This document shows positions 54,949-64,000 of a stretch of DNA of 64,000 bases, piece after piece. Positions within the stretch are counted from its first letter, which is position 1; each line of letters begins with the position of its first letter. Under the pieces are notes generated by a model that was not told the origin of the DNA, searched no databases, and worked only from the letters and a program-made list of their open reading frames with translations. Position numbers and translations under genes: made by a program. Source of the DNA: Prochlorococcus sp. AG-402-N08 (GTDB lineage Bacteria > Cyanobacteriota > Cyanobacteriia > PCC-6307 > Cyanobiaceae); NCBI GenBank assembly GCA_003216535.1, contig QCIS01000002.1, forward strand, positions 157,774 through 221,773, given 5' to 3'.

Positions 54949-55488
54949 TTAATCTAATCGAGTAATTAAATATTCCTGAAAATTTAACATATTTTCCAAA
55001 TCAAAATCATTATTATGTTCCCATCCCAAAAGATGTAAAAATCCATGACTAGCCAACCAGAGCATCTCTCTATAGATTGAATGTTTATATTCATAAGATT
55101 GCTCAAGTGCCATCTCAAATGATATAAATATATCTCCCAACTCTATGTGATCAAAATTATTTAGAGATTCATCAGAAATGATTGGAAAAGATAGAACATC
55201 AGTTGGACCATTTTTTTGCATCCACTTTTTGTTCATAGAAGCAATTTCTTTATTAGAAATTATCTGTAAACCTAATGAAAAAGATTTTTTTTCAAAAATA
55301 AAATTTGGCAATTGATAATCGTCTTTTTTTAATATCGTATTTATCCAAGATAAAAAAACTTTCTCCCAAAAAATAGATTCAAAAATAAGTTTTGTTTTAG
55401 TATCTTTTAACTTATTTAAAAATTGAGAAAAATCATCACATTGAAAAACCAAATCTAAATTTATTTCAGAAATAATTTTTTCTTTCAT
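54949..55488 (-). CDS. ybeY: rRNA maturation RNase YbeY
   Basis: [27 protein letters not shown]. Confidence 0.93.
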   Translation of the reverse strand: MKEKIISEINLDLVFQCDDFSQFLNKLKDTKTKLIFESIFWEKVFLSWINTILKKDDYQLPNFIFEKKSFSLGLQIISNKEIASMNKKWMQKNGPTDVLSFPIISDESLNNFDHIELGDIFISFEMALEQSYEYKHSIYREMLWLASHGFLHLLGWEHNNDFDLENMLNFQEYLITRLD

Positions 55489-55494
55489 ACATTC

Positions 55495-55677
55495 TTATAC
55501 AGGGATATTGGGCTTACCTATTGTGGCCACAAGTATTAATATCCCAATTAACACTAGAAAGGTTATTAAAAAATGAGAAATACTTTTTGAACCCTTCCTT
55601 ACCATATTTCTCATAGCAAGCTTTATAAAGCTTGGAGGAGCAACTTTTTTTTTAAAATTTTCGTTTTTATTTTCCAT
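55495..55677 (-). CDS. DUF3285-like small membrane protein
   Basis: PPSFIKLAMRNMVRKG followed by one TM helix. Confidence 0.75.
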   Translation of the reverse strand: MENKNENFKKKVAPPSFIKLAMRNMVRKGSKSISHFLITFLVLIGILILVATIGKPNIPV

Positions 55678-55695
55678 TAGTTATTAAATAGATTC

Positions 55696-56803
55696 TTAAG
55701 AAGAAATATTCATGCGTAATAATTCATGAATAAATGGTTCAAGTCCACCATCTAAAACACTATCTAAGTCGTTGGTCTCCTGCATAGTCCTAAGATCTTT
55801 TACCATTTGATAGGGATGGAAAACATAATTTCTTATTTGATTGCCCCATGCAGCTTCCACAATATCACCTTTAATATCAGCGACTTCTGCAGCTCGTTGT
55901 TCTTTAGCAATCACTAATAGTTTAGACTTAAGAAGTAACATAGCTTTTTCTTTATTTTGTAATTGAGATCTTTCTTGGGTGCATCTTACTGAAATCCCTG
56001 AAGGCAAATGAACAATTCTTACTGCTGTTTCTACTTTATTAACATTTTGTCCTCCAGCTCCACCAGATCTACTAGTGGTAATTTCTAAATCTTTTTCAGG
56101 TATATCAAGTGAAATATTGTCATCTAATTTTGGCATAACTTCCACCCCAGCAAAGCTGGTTTGTCTTTTGCCATTAGCGTTGAAAGGAGAAATTCTTACT
56201 AATCTATGAGTTCCTTTTTCATGTTGCAAATAGCCGTATGCATATTTTCCATCAATTTCAAACGTTACACTTTTAATACCTGCTTCTTCTCCTTGAGATA
56301 AATCATTGATGATAAGGCGCATTTGATTATTATCGGCCCATCTTGAATACATTCTCAATAATATCTCTACCCAATCCTGTGCATCTGTTCCACCCGCACC
56401 TGCGTTAATAGAAACTACTGCTCCTTCCTTATCGTATTCACCACATAACAATCTTTCAAATTCCCATTTATCTAAATTCTCTCTTAATTTCTTTAAGCCC
56501 TGCTGGGATTCCAAAATCATATCCTCTGCAGGTTCTAAAGAATAAAGTTCAAGAGAGGCAATAGCATCGGAAATAAAAGTTTTCCATTTATCTAATAATT
56601 CGAGTTGTGCTTTGACATCATCAAGGATTAACATTTGTTTTCTAGCTTCTTCTTGATTCTCCCAAAATTCAGGCTGAGCAGAAATTTGCTCTAACTCTCG
56701 CCTTTGCGCTTTTAATCTTGGAACGTCAAAGACAATCCTGAGCATTACCCAGGCGCTCTGTAAGTTCTGAAAGATCTTTTTTGAAATCTGTAATATCTAT
56801 CAA
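55696..56803 (-). CDS. prfB: peptide chain release factor 2 with programmed +1 frameshift
   Basis: 25-codon first frame from TTG 56803 ends CTT-TGA-C at 56731-56725; the second frame carries SPF and GGQ motifs. Confidence 0.95.
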
Positions 56804-56879
56804 AATAGAATTTAATCGTTATTTATAATCTAACAAGCACTTTTATTTAATAGTATAAACTAAGTATTATTTTAAAAAA

Positions 56880-57134
56880 ATGTCCAAAGTTGAAATTTAT
56901 ACTTGGCAATATTGCCCATTCTGTATTCGAGCAAAATCTCTACTCAAGAAAAAAAATATTAATTTTACAGAATATAAAATAGATGGCGATGAAGATGCCA
57001 GAACATTGATGACTGACAGGGCTGATGGTAGAAGAACATTACCGCAAATATTTATAGATAATGAGGGTATCGGAGGATGCGATGATCTCTACAAGTTAGA
57101 AAATGAAAATAAATTAGACGCATTATTAATCTAG
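56880..57134 (+). CDS. grxC: glutaredoxin 3
   Basis: CPFC, TLPQIFI, IGGCDDL. Confidence 0.93.
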   Translation: MSKVEIYTWQYCPFCIRAKSLLKKKNINFTEYKIDGDEDARTLMTDRADGRRTLPQIFIDNEGIGGCDDLYKLENENKLDALLI

Positions 57135-57139
57135 ATCTT

Positions 57140-58063
57140 ATGAAATTTCTATTCGTAATAGATCCAATAAAAAATATTAATCCCTTAAAAGATTCATCTG
57201 CTGCTTTAATGCAAGCATCATCAAAAAAAAATATTGAAATATGGAGTTGTACTCCTCAAGACCTTGAAGCTAGAGGTGATGATGTATGGGCATCTTCCGT
57301 ACAAGTTGAAGTAAATCCATGGATTTCTTTCAAAGAAAATGATTGCATACCTCTCGCTGAATTTAATTGCATTTGGATGAGAAAAGATCCTCCTGTAAAT
57401 GAGGCTTATTTATATGCAACCCATCTTTTAGAAGTTGCCGAAAGAAAAGGTGTAAAAGTAATTAACAAGCCTTCATCTTTAAGAGCATGGAATGAAAAGC
57501 TAGGTGCCTTGAGATACAGCCACTTAATGGCACCTACAATAGTTGCGAGTAAAGTAAAAGACCTTATTAATTTTGCAAATATAAATCATGAAGTAGTCAT
57601 AAAACCTCTCGGAGGAAAAGGTGGTCAAGGGGTTATAAGGATAAATAAAAATTCTCCAGGAATTAAATCAATCATTGAATTAATTACTTCTCAAGAAGAA
57701 TTACCCGTTATGATGCAAAAATTCATTCCTGAAGTCATAGAGGGTGATAAAAGAATAATCATCGTAAATGGCGAAGCAATTGGATCTATAAATAGGATTC
57801 CTCAAGGAGGAGATTTTAGGAGTAATTTAGCTATGGGAGGAAAGGCTGAACCAACATCATTAACAGAAAAAGAAAAAAGTATCTGCTCAGATTTATCTCA
57901 ACACTTCAAAGATGAAGGTTTATTTTTTGTGGGTATTGATGTAATAAATGGAATGCTCAGCGAGATTAATGTAACAAGTCCAACAGGTTTAAGAGAAATA
58001 GAAAATTTATCCAATAAGAATGTTTCAGACGAAGTTATTGAAAAATTAGTGGAAATTATCTAG
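57140..58063 (+). CDS. gshB: glutathione synthetase
   Basis: [34 protein letters not shown]. Confidence 0.95.
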   Translation: MKFLFVIDPIKNINPLKDSSAALMQASSKKNIEIWSCTPQDLEARGDDVWASSVQVEVNPWISFKENDCIPLAEFNCIWMRKDPPVNEAYLYATHLLEVAERKGVKVINKPSSLRAWNEKLGALRYSHLMAPTIVASKVKDLINFANINHEVVIKPLGGKGGQGVIRINKNSPGIKSIIELITSQEELPVMMQKFIPEVIEGDKRIIIVNGEAIGSINRIPQGGDFRSNLAMGGKAEPTSLTEKEKSICSDLSQHFKDEGLFFVGIDVINGMLSEINVTSPTGLREIENLSNKNVSDEVIEKLVEII

Positions 58064-59468
58064 GATTTTTAGCGAAAAATATTTGTTTTACTATAGATTC
58101 AAGTTTTAATTTAATCTCATCTATTTCTTTCTCTAAAACAGATCCTGAAACTATACCTGAACCGGCAGTAAATTCAATATTTTCTTCAATATATCTTGCG
58201 CCTCTTATTGCTAAAAGAAATGAAGCATTTCCTGATTCATCAACCCAACCCATTGGCGAAGCATAATTCCCTCTAGGAAAAGACTCAAGAGTGTTTATCC
58301 AATTCAATGCTGCATTTTTTGGGTATCCACAAACAGCAGGAGATGGATGTAGATTTTTCAGCAATTCAAAAGGACATATGTTTTCAACTTTAGAGAAAAT
58401 GAGTGTTTGCAAATGAGAAATATCTCCAAATGAATTCACCTTGATATCACTTTTTTTAAAGTTTGTTATGTTTAAAACTTCTAAACATTGAATTAAGTAA
58501 TGTATTACATAATTATGTTCCTTTAAGTCTTTAGTACTTTTTAGGAGTTTCTTAAAATTTGAATTAGTTAAGATAGTTCCAGCAAGAGCTTCCAAAGTTA
58601 AATTAGGTTTAGTAAAAGAAAATAATTTTTCTGGAGATGCTCCAAACAAAATATCCTTGCTATTCCTTTTCCAAACGTATCTGCATGTATTTGGTTGATT
58701 CTTTTTTAATCTTTTTAAAATTTCTACTAAATCTAATTTATTTTTAAGTTTTATTTTAATCCTATTTGCTAAAACTATCTTTTCGAGGATACCTTTCTCT
58801 ACTAATTGAATTCCTCTATTTACTACTTTTTTCAAATTTGTATTAGAAGTTTCTAATGAGTTTAAGAAATCATCAATAATAGGAAAATCAAAACTAGTTT
58901 TTAAGCTAGATAATTTCATTAATTCTGAGCCAGAATTAATAACTTGATTTCTAATTGCCCATATTTCTTCAATTAATGTTCTTAATGATGATTTACCTTC
59001 AACATGACCATTGATTCTTAACCAGCAATTCTTACCACTTTTAATAATTAATATTTTTGGTAAGATGGCTTCCAAACTAGGAACATCTGAAGATAAATTC
59101 TTATTATTCAAATTTTCAGAAAAAGAAAATAAATAAATAATTTTTGAAAGTGCAGAATTATGTGATTCATCAGTTAAGTTAATTAAATTTTTAAAATTCT
59201 CAGAATTAAACTCTTTTGCTAGATCAAATCTTTTTGGACCATCCAAAGTAACATATTTACATTTCTCGAAAGCAATATATGAAATACCATCAGATTCCTC
59301 CCAAAATGAAGAAAACGGATATTTATTTATAAACAATTCATATACTTGAAATAAATCAATACAAGGAATCTCAACACAAATACTTACTAATCCAGAATTT
59401 TCCACTTTCTTATCGAAAGCGGAAAATACATCTTTTAAAAAATCTGTTAAGTTTAAATCATTTTTCAT
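58056..59468 (-). CDS. menF: isochorismate synthase
   Basis: [36 protein letters not shown]. Confidence 0.9.
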   Translation of the reverse strand: MKNDLNLTDFLKDVFSAFDKKVENSGLVSICVEIPCIDLFQVYELFINKYPFSSFWEESDGISYIAFEKCKYVTLDGPKRFDLAKEFNSENFKNLINLTDESHNSALSKIIYLFSFSENLNNKNLSSDVPSLEAILPKILIIKSGKNCWLRINGHVEGKSSLRTLIEEIWAIRNQVINSGSELMKLSSLKTSFDFPIIDDFLNSLETSNTNLKKVVNRGIQLVEKGILEKIVLANRIKIKLKNKLDLVEILKRLKKNQPNTCRYVWKRNSKDILFGASPEKLFSFTKPNLTLEALAGTILTNSNFKKLLKSTKDLKEHNYVIHYLIQCLEVLNITNFKKSDIKVNSFGDISHLQTLIFSKVENICPFELLKNLHPSPAVCGYPKNAALNWINTLESFPRGNYASPMGWVDESGNASFLLAIRGARYIEENIEFTAGSGIVSGSVLEKEIDEIKLKLESIVKQIFFAKNPR

Positions 59469-59570
59469 TACTTATTGAAAATAACTAAAAATCATGCAAT
59501 AAAGTAAAAAATGTAACTCAATTTATAAACTACATTTAATAATTATCGAATTTTGTGTGTTAATTAAAAA

Positions 59571-60488
59571 ATGGACGAAGATAAAAAAAAATTATGGAAA
59601 CAAGCAATAAAATGGCCTCTTTATTCAGTTGCCATACTTCCGGTTTTAATAACAGGTGCTTATTTACTCAATCAATATGAAAAGGTAAAAATTTATAATT
59701 TGATTGCATTTACTTTAGCTGCAATTTTGATATTACTTTGGGAAAATCTAACTAACGATTTATTCGACGCAGAAACAGGAATCGATGAATTTAAATTCCA
59801 TTCAATTGTAAATCTTGTAAAAAATAAAAAAATAATTTCATTTATTGCATATACATCTTTAGTTGTTGGTTTATTAATAATTTCAATTATTTCAGTATCA
59901 ACAAGTATAAACATTTTGATTTTGGTAGCAGCTTGCTGCTTCTTAGGATATTTATATCAAGGGCCTCCTTTTAGATTTGGCTATCAAGGTTTAGGAGAAC
60001 CATTATGCTGGCTTGCATTTGGACCTTTTGCTTACTCTGCAGTCTTAATTGCTTTAAATCCGTCTAATATTTACTTCGAAGATATTCCTTGGAAAATTTC
60101 TTTATTACTTGGTTCAGGACCTTCCTTGGCAACAACTCTTGTATTATTTTGTTCTCATTTTCATCAAATTTCTGAAGATAAAAAGCATGGAAAAAATTCA
60201 CCTTTAGTTCGCTTAGGAGCAAAAAAAGGTTCTCAATTAGTGCCTTGGATAATTTTTATAATATATATTTTTCAACTTTTCATTATAGTTACTGGATTTA
60301 TTCCAGTGTTTTGTATCCTTTATTTGATTAGTTTTCCTCAAGCAACAAGACTTGTAAATTTATTAAAAACTTCATATAAAAAACCCTCTGCAATAAAAAA
60401 TTGCAAATTCGTCGCAATAAAATTTCAAACTCTTAATGGAGTTGGCTTAATCACAGGATTAATATTTAATTACTTATTTAATAAATGA
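59571..60488 (+). CDS. menA: DHNA phytyltransferase
   Basis: AIKWPLYSVA, NLTNDLFD, HFHQISED..HGK. Confidence 0.9.
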   Translation: MDEDKKKLWKQAIKWPLYSVAILPVLITGAYLLNQYEKVKIYNLIAFTLAAILILLWENLTNDLFDAETGIDEFKFHSIVNLVKNKKIISFIAYTSLVVGLLIISIISVSTSINILILVAACCFLGYLYQGPPFRFGYQGLGEPLCWLAFGPFAYSAVLIALNPSNIYFEDIPWKISLLLGSGPSLATTLVLFCSHFHQISEDKKHGKNSPLVRLGAKKGSQLVPWIIFIIYIFQLFIIVTGFIPVFCILYLISFPQATRLVNLLKTSYKKPSAIKNCKFVAIKFQTLNGVGLITGLIFNYLFNK

Positions 60489-61450
60489 ACTTAATATTTA
60501 AAAAAAAATCTTATAGCTTTAAGTTATCTACAAAAGTAGAAAATTCTAAAACCACCTACCTTACAAAATCGGGTTGGATTATTAAATTAAAAAGTAATGA
60601 TAAAAAAATTGGGTTTGGAGAAGTTTCACCGCTTCATAAAGAAGACTTAAAAAAATGTGGAAAACAACTCAATATGATCCCTGAGTACGTAGGATTATTT
60701 AATTTATCTGAGCAAATCAATATTTTTCATCCATGCATTCAATCTGCAATAAATTCTGCATTAGCTGAGATAAATGGAAAAATAATTTTTAAAGAAAACT
60801 ATTTCTTTGATGAAATTGATACAACAGCCATACTTTTAAATCCTGAAAATGTAATTTCAGATCTAAATGAAATTAAAAAAAGACAATCTAATATTGGAAA
60901 ATCATTAACCATAAAATGGAAAGTAGCATTAAAAAATAATCATAAGGAAGAGAGGATTTTAGAAGAAATTTTAAGCCAAATAGGGAATAATATTAAGTTA
61001 AGAATAGATGCTAATGGTTCATGGGGAAGAGAGATAGCTAATAGATGGGCTGAAATTTTGAAAGATAACAAAAATATAGATTGGTTAGAACAACCTCTCA
61101 GTGTTGATGATATTGATGGAATGACAGAACTCAACAAAAAAATCCCAATAGCCTTAGACGAATCACTTTTAAAATTTCCAAATTTGATTGATGAGTGGAA
61201 GGGTTGGCAAATTCGAAGGCCTTCTCAAGAAAATAATCCAGTTAAGCTTTTAAGAGAATTAGAAAATAAAAAAGCTCTAATATCTATAAGTACCTCATTT
61301 GAAACTGGAATAGGGAAGAGATGGCTTTATCATTTATCATCTCTACAATTACAAGGACCAACTCCAAAAGTTCCTGGTTTAGCAATGAATAAATTTCCTA
61401 ATTCGTTTCTATTTTTAAATGAAGCAAAAAAGATATGGGATCAACTGTGA
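60485..61450 (+). CDS. menC: o-succinylbenzoate synthase
   Basis: GFGEVSP, KWK, LRIDANG, LEQP, IALDES, ETGIG. Confidence 0.85.
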   Translation: MNLIFKKKSYSFKLSTKVENSKTTYLTKSGWIIKLKSNDKKIGFGEVSPLHKEDLKKCGKQLNMIPEYVGLFNLSEQINIFHPCIQSAINSALAEINGKIIFKENYFFDEIDTTAILLNPENVISDLNEIKKRQSNIGKSLTIKWKVALKNNHKEERILEEILSQIGNNIKLRIDANGSWGREIANRWAEILKDNKNIDWLEQPLSVDDIDGMTELNKKIPIALDESLLKFPNLIDEWKGWQIRRPSQENNPVKLLRELENKKALISISTSFETGIGKRWLYHLSSLQLQGPTPKVPGLAMNKFPNSFLFLNEAKKIWDQL

Positions 61451-62649
61451 AAAATAAAATTTATACTATTGAAGTTGAAAATAATGAAACTCAATCTGTA
61501 GAAAAAATTATTGAAAAAATTAGAGAGAATAAAATTATTTATGTAAAAAACAAATTTTATAAAGACGAAGATGTATTAGATTCAATTTCTGAACATGGGC
61601 CAGCAATTATCTTAAACAGTAGTGGGAGTTCTGGAAAACCAAGAAAATGTTTTCACCATTTAAATAATCTTAAATTATCTGCAGTTACATCAGGACAGTG
61701 GTTAATTGAGCAAGGATTTGAATTACAAAACTGCTTAATTTTAAATACTTTACCCCTGAACCATATAAGTGGATTAATGCCAATTTTTAGAAGTCAAACT
61801 TGGGGATGTGATTGTATAAATATTTCTCCGAATTTAATGAAAAAAACTCGAGAACTTTTACTTTTTACGAATAAATCTAAAAAAAACAAAAAACACTTGA
61901 TTACATCATTAGTACCTACCCAATTACAAAGACTTTTAGCTCAAAAAGATGGTATTAGTTGGCTAAAAGTTTTTGATCTAATTTGGGTAGGTGGAGCTTC
62001 AATTTCAGGCGAAACCGCTGAACAATGTATAGAAGAAAAAATAAAATTAGCACCTTGTTACGGCTCAACTGAAACAGCAGCAATGGTTACTAGTTTAAAA
62101 CCAAAAGAATTCTTAATAGGTTTAAAAAATGTTGGAGAAATACTACCTGATACAAAAATAAGAATTAACGCACAAGGATTAATCGAGATAAAATCAGCCA
62201 GAATTGGAATCGAAATAATAGACTCTTCAAAAACAGAAAATTTCAAAAATAAAAATGGGTGGTGGCAAACTGGTGATTTAGGTGAAATTAATCAAATCAA
62301 TAATTCTTTATATTTAAACTTTCTTGGAAGAAGTGATAACGCTTTTAATTCAGGAGGAGAAATCGTTTTTCCAGAGGTAATTGAAACTCGATTAAACGAT
62401 TTTATTATAAAAGAAAATGTTCCAATTAATAAATTCATTATTTCAAAAATATCCGACAAAATTTGGGGAAATAAAATTAAAGTAATTGTTGAATTTAGAG
62501 AACTTACAAATCATAAAAATATTGAAAATTCATTAAATTTGTTAAAAAAATTTTCTCAAAGTTGGCCTAAACATGAAAAACCTGAAAAGTGGATTGTTAA
62601 AAATAAAAATACTAGTACAGAAAAAATAAACTATAAATTTAAAAAATAA
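61435..62649 (+). CDS. menE: o-succinylbenzoate-CoA ligase
   Basis: SSGSSGKP, LPLNHISG, SLVPTQL, YGSTET, QTGDLG, SGGE. Confidence 0.88.
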   Translation: MGSTVKNKIYTIEVENNETQSVEKIIEKIRENKIIYVKNKFYKDEDVLDSISEHGPAIILNSSGSSGKPRKCFHHLNNLKLSAVTSGQWLIEQGFELQNCLILNTLPLNHISGLMPIFRSQTWGCDCINISPNLMKKTRELLLFTNKSKKNKKHLITSLVPTQLQRLLAQKDGISWLKVFDLIWVGGASISGETAEQCIEEKIKLAPCYGSTETAAMVTSLKPKEFLIGLKNVGEILPDTKIRINAQGLIEIKSARIGIEIIDSSKTENFKNKNGWWQTGDLGEINQINNSLYLNFLGRSDNAFNSGGEIVFPEVIETRLNDFIIKENVPINKFIISKISDKIWGNKIKVIVEFRELTNHKNIENSLNLLKKFSQSWPKHEKPEKWIVKNKNTSTEKINYKFKK

Positions 62650-62652
62650 TAA

Positions 62653-63105
<453 letters not shown>

Positions 63106-63113
63106 TTAAAGAA

Positions 63114-64000
63114 TTATCTATCAACAGATCCCATAATGACATCTATTGAGCCAAGGATTGCCATAATATCTGCGATTTTTGCACCTTTAAGAATATGAGG
63201 TAATATTTGCAGATTGTTTAAATCAGCTGCTCTGATTTTGAATCTCCATGGGGTAACTTCATTATTTCCTTGAATAAATACACCTATTTCTCCTTTACCG
63301 GATTCTAATCTTGTATACAATTCTCCGTTAGGAATTTTAAAAGTTGGAGCAACCTTCTTAGCTACATATTGATAGTCAATCCCAAATATTTCACTTTTCT
63401 TATCTTCAGTCGCCATTCTTTGAGCTTCTAAATTTTCTGTTGGACCTCCTGGAATCATTTTACAGGCTTGGCGAATGATGCTTAGTGATTGTCTCATCTC
63501 TTCAACTCTTACTCGATATCTTGCATAACAATCCCCTTCTTTTTCTGAAGCAATCTGCCAATCAAAATCGTCATAACATTCATAACTATCGACTTTCCTT
63601 AAATCCCAAGAAACTCCAGAAGCTCTAAGCATTGGCCCAGACAAAGACCAATTAATTGCCTGATCTCTTTGTATTGTTCCGAGACCTTCAATTCTTTTTC
63701 TAAAAATTGGATTATTGGTGATTAATTTTTCGTATTCATCTATCTTAGGACCGAACCAATCACAAAAGTCTATACATTTTTCTAACCATCCGTATGGAAG
63801 ATCACATGCGACACCACCTATCCTAAAGAAATTATTATTTATTAGCCTTTGTCCAGTAGCAGCTTCCCAGAGATCATAAATCATTTCTCTTTCTCTAAAA
63901 ATATAGAAAAATGGAGTTTGAGCACCTACGTCTGCTAAAAAGGGACCAAGCCATAAAAGATGATTAGCAATACGATTAAGTTCGAGCATAAGAACTCTGA
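63114..64000 (-). CDS. ndhH: NDH-1 subunit H (5' end beyond the window)
   Basis: [36 protein letters not shown]; frame is open to the right edge. Confidence 0.95.

Overview
AT-rich (roughly 30% GC by eye), gene-dense core-genome segment of a marine picocyanobacterium. Protein sequences and gene order point to high-light Prochlorococcus marinus. It holds about 70 mostly intact housekeeping genes: carotenoid synthesis (zds, crtB, pds, a Z-ISO/NnrU homologue), NDH-1 subunits (ndhO, M, F, D, E, G, I, A, H), rpaA/rpaB, plsX-fabH-fabD-plsC, menF-A-C-E plus thioesterase, argS, prfB (programmed +1 frameshift) and one tRNA-Asn(GTT). I saw no integrase, transposase, CRISPR array, rRNA or phage genes. 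The main anomaly is at 48585-48594, where two 5'-truncated genes sit back to back: a minus-strand fragment next to gltA and the 3' half of mnmE, which starts two codons before its P-loop. The block to the right (nadC to ndhH) appears inverted relative to the Prochlorococcus gene order I recall. This looks like one breakpoint of an inversion of more than 15 kb, either real or an amplification/assembly chimera. Smaller observations include a tandem-repeat expansion in the PlsX N-terminus, overlapping T-N11-A palindromes at the rbcR divergent promoter, a structured segment downstream of tRNA-Asn, and a probable CC-adding nucleotidyltransferase. I cannot support a new multi-gene system here. All product calls come from motif recognition without database searches.
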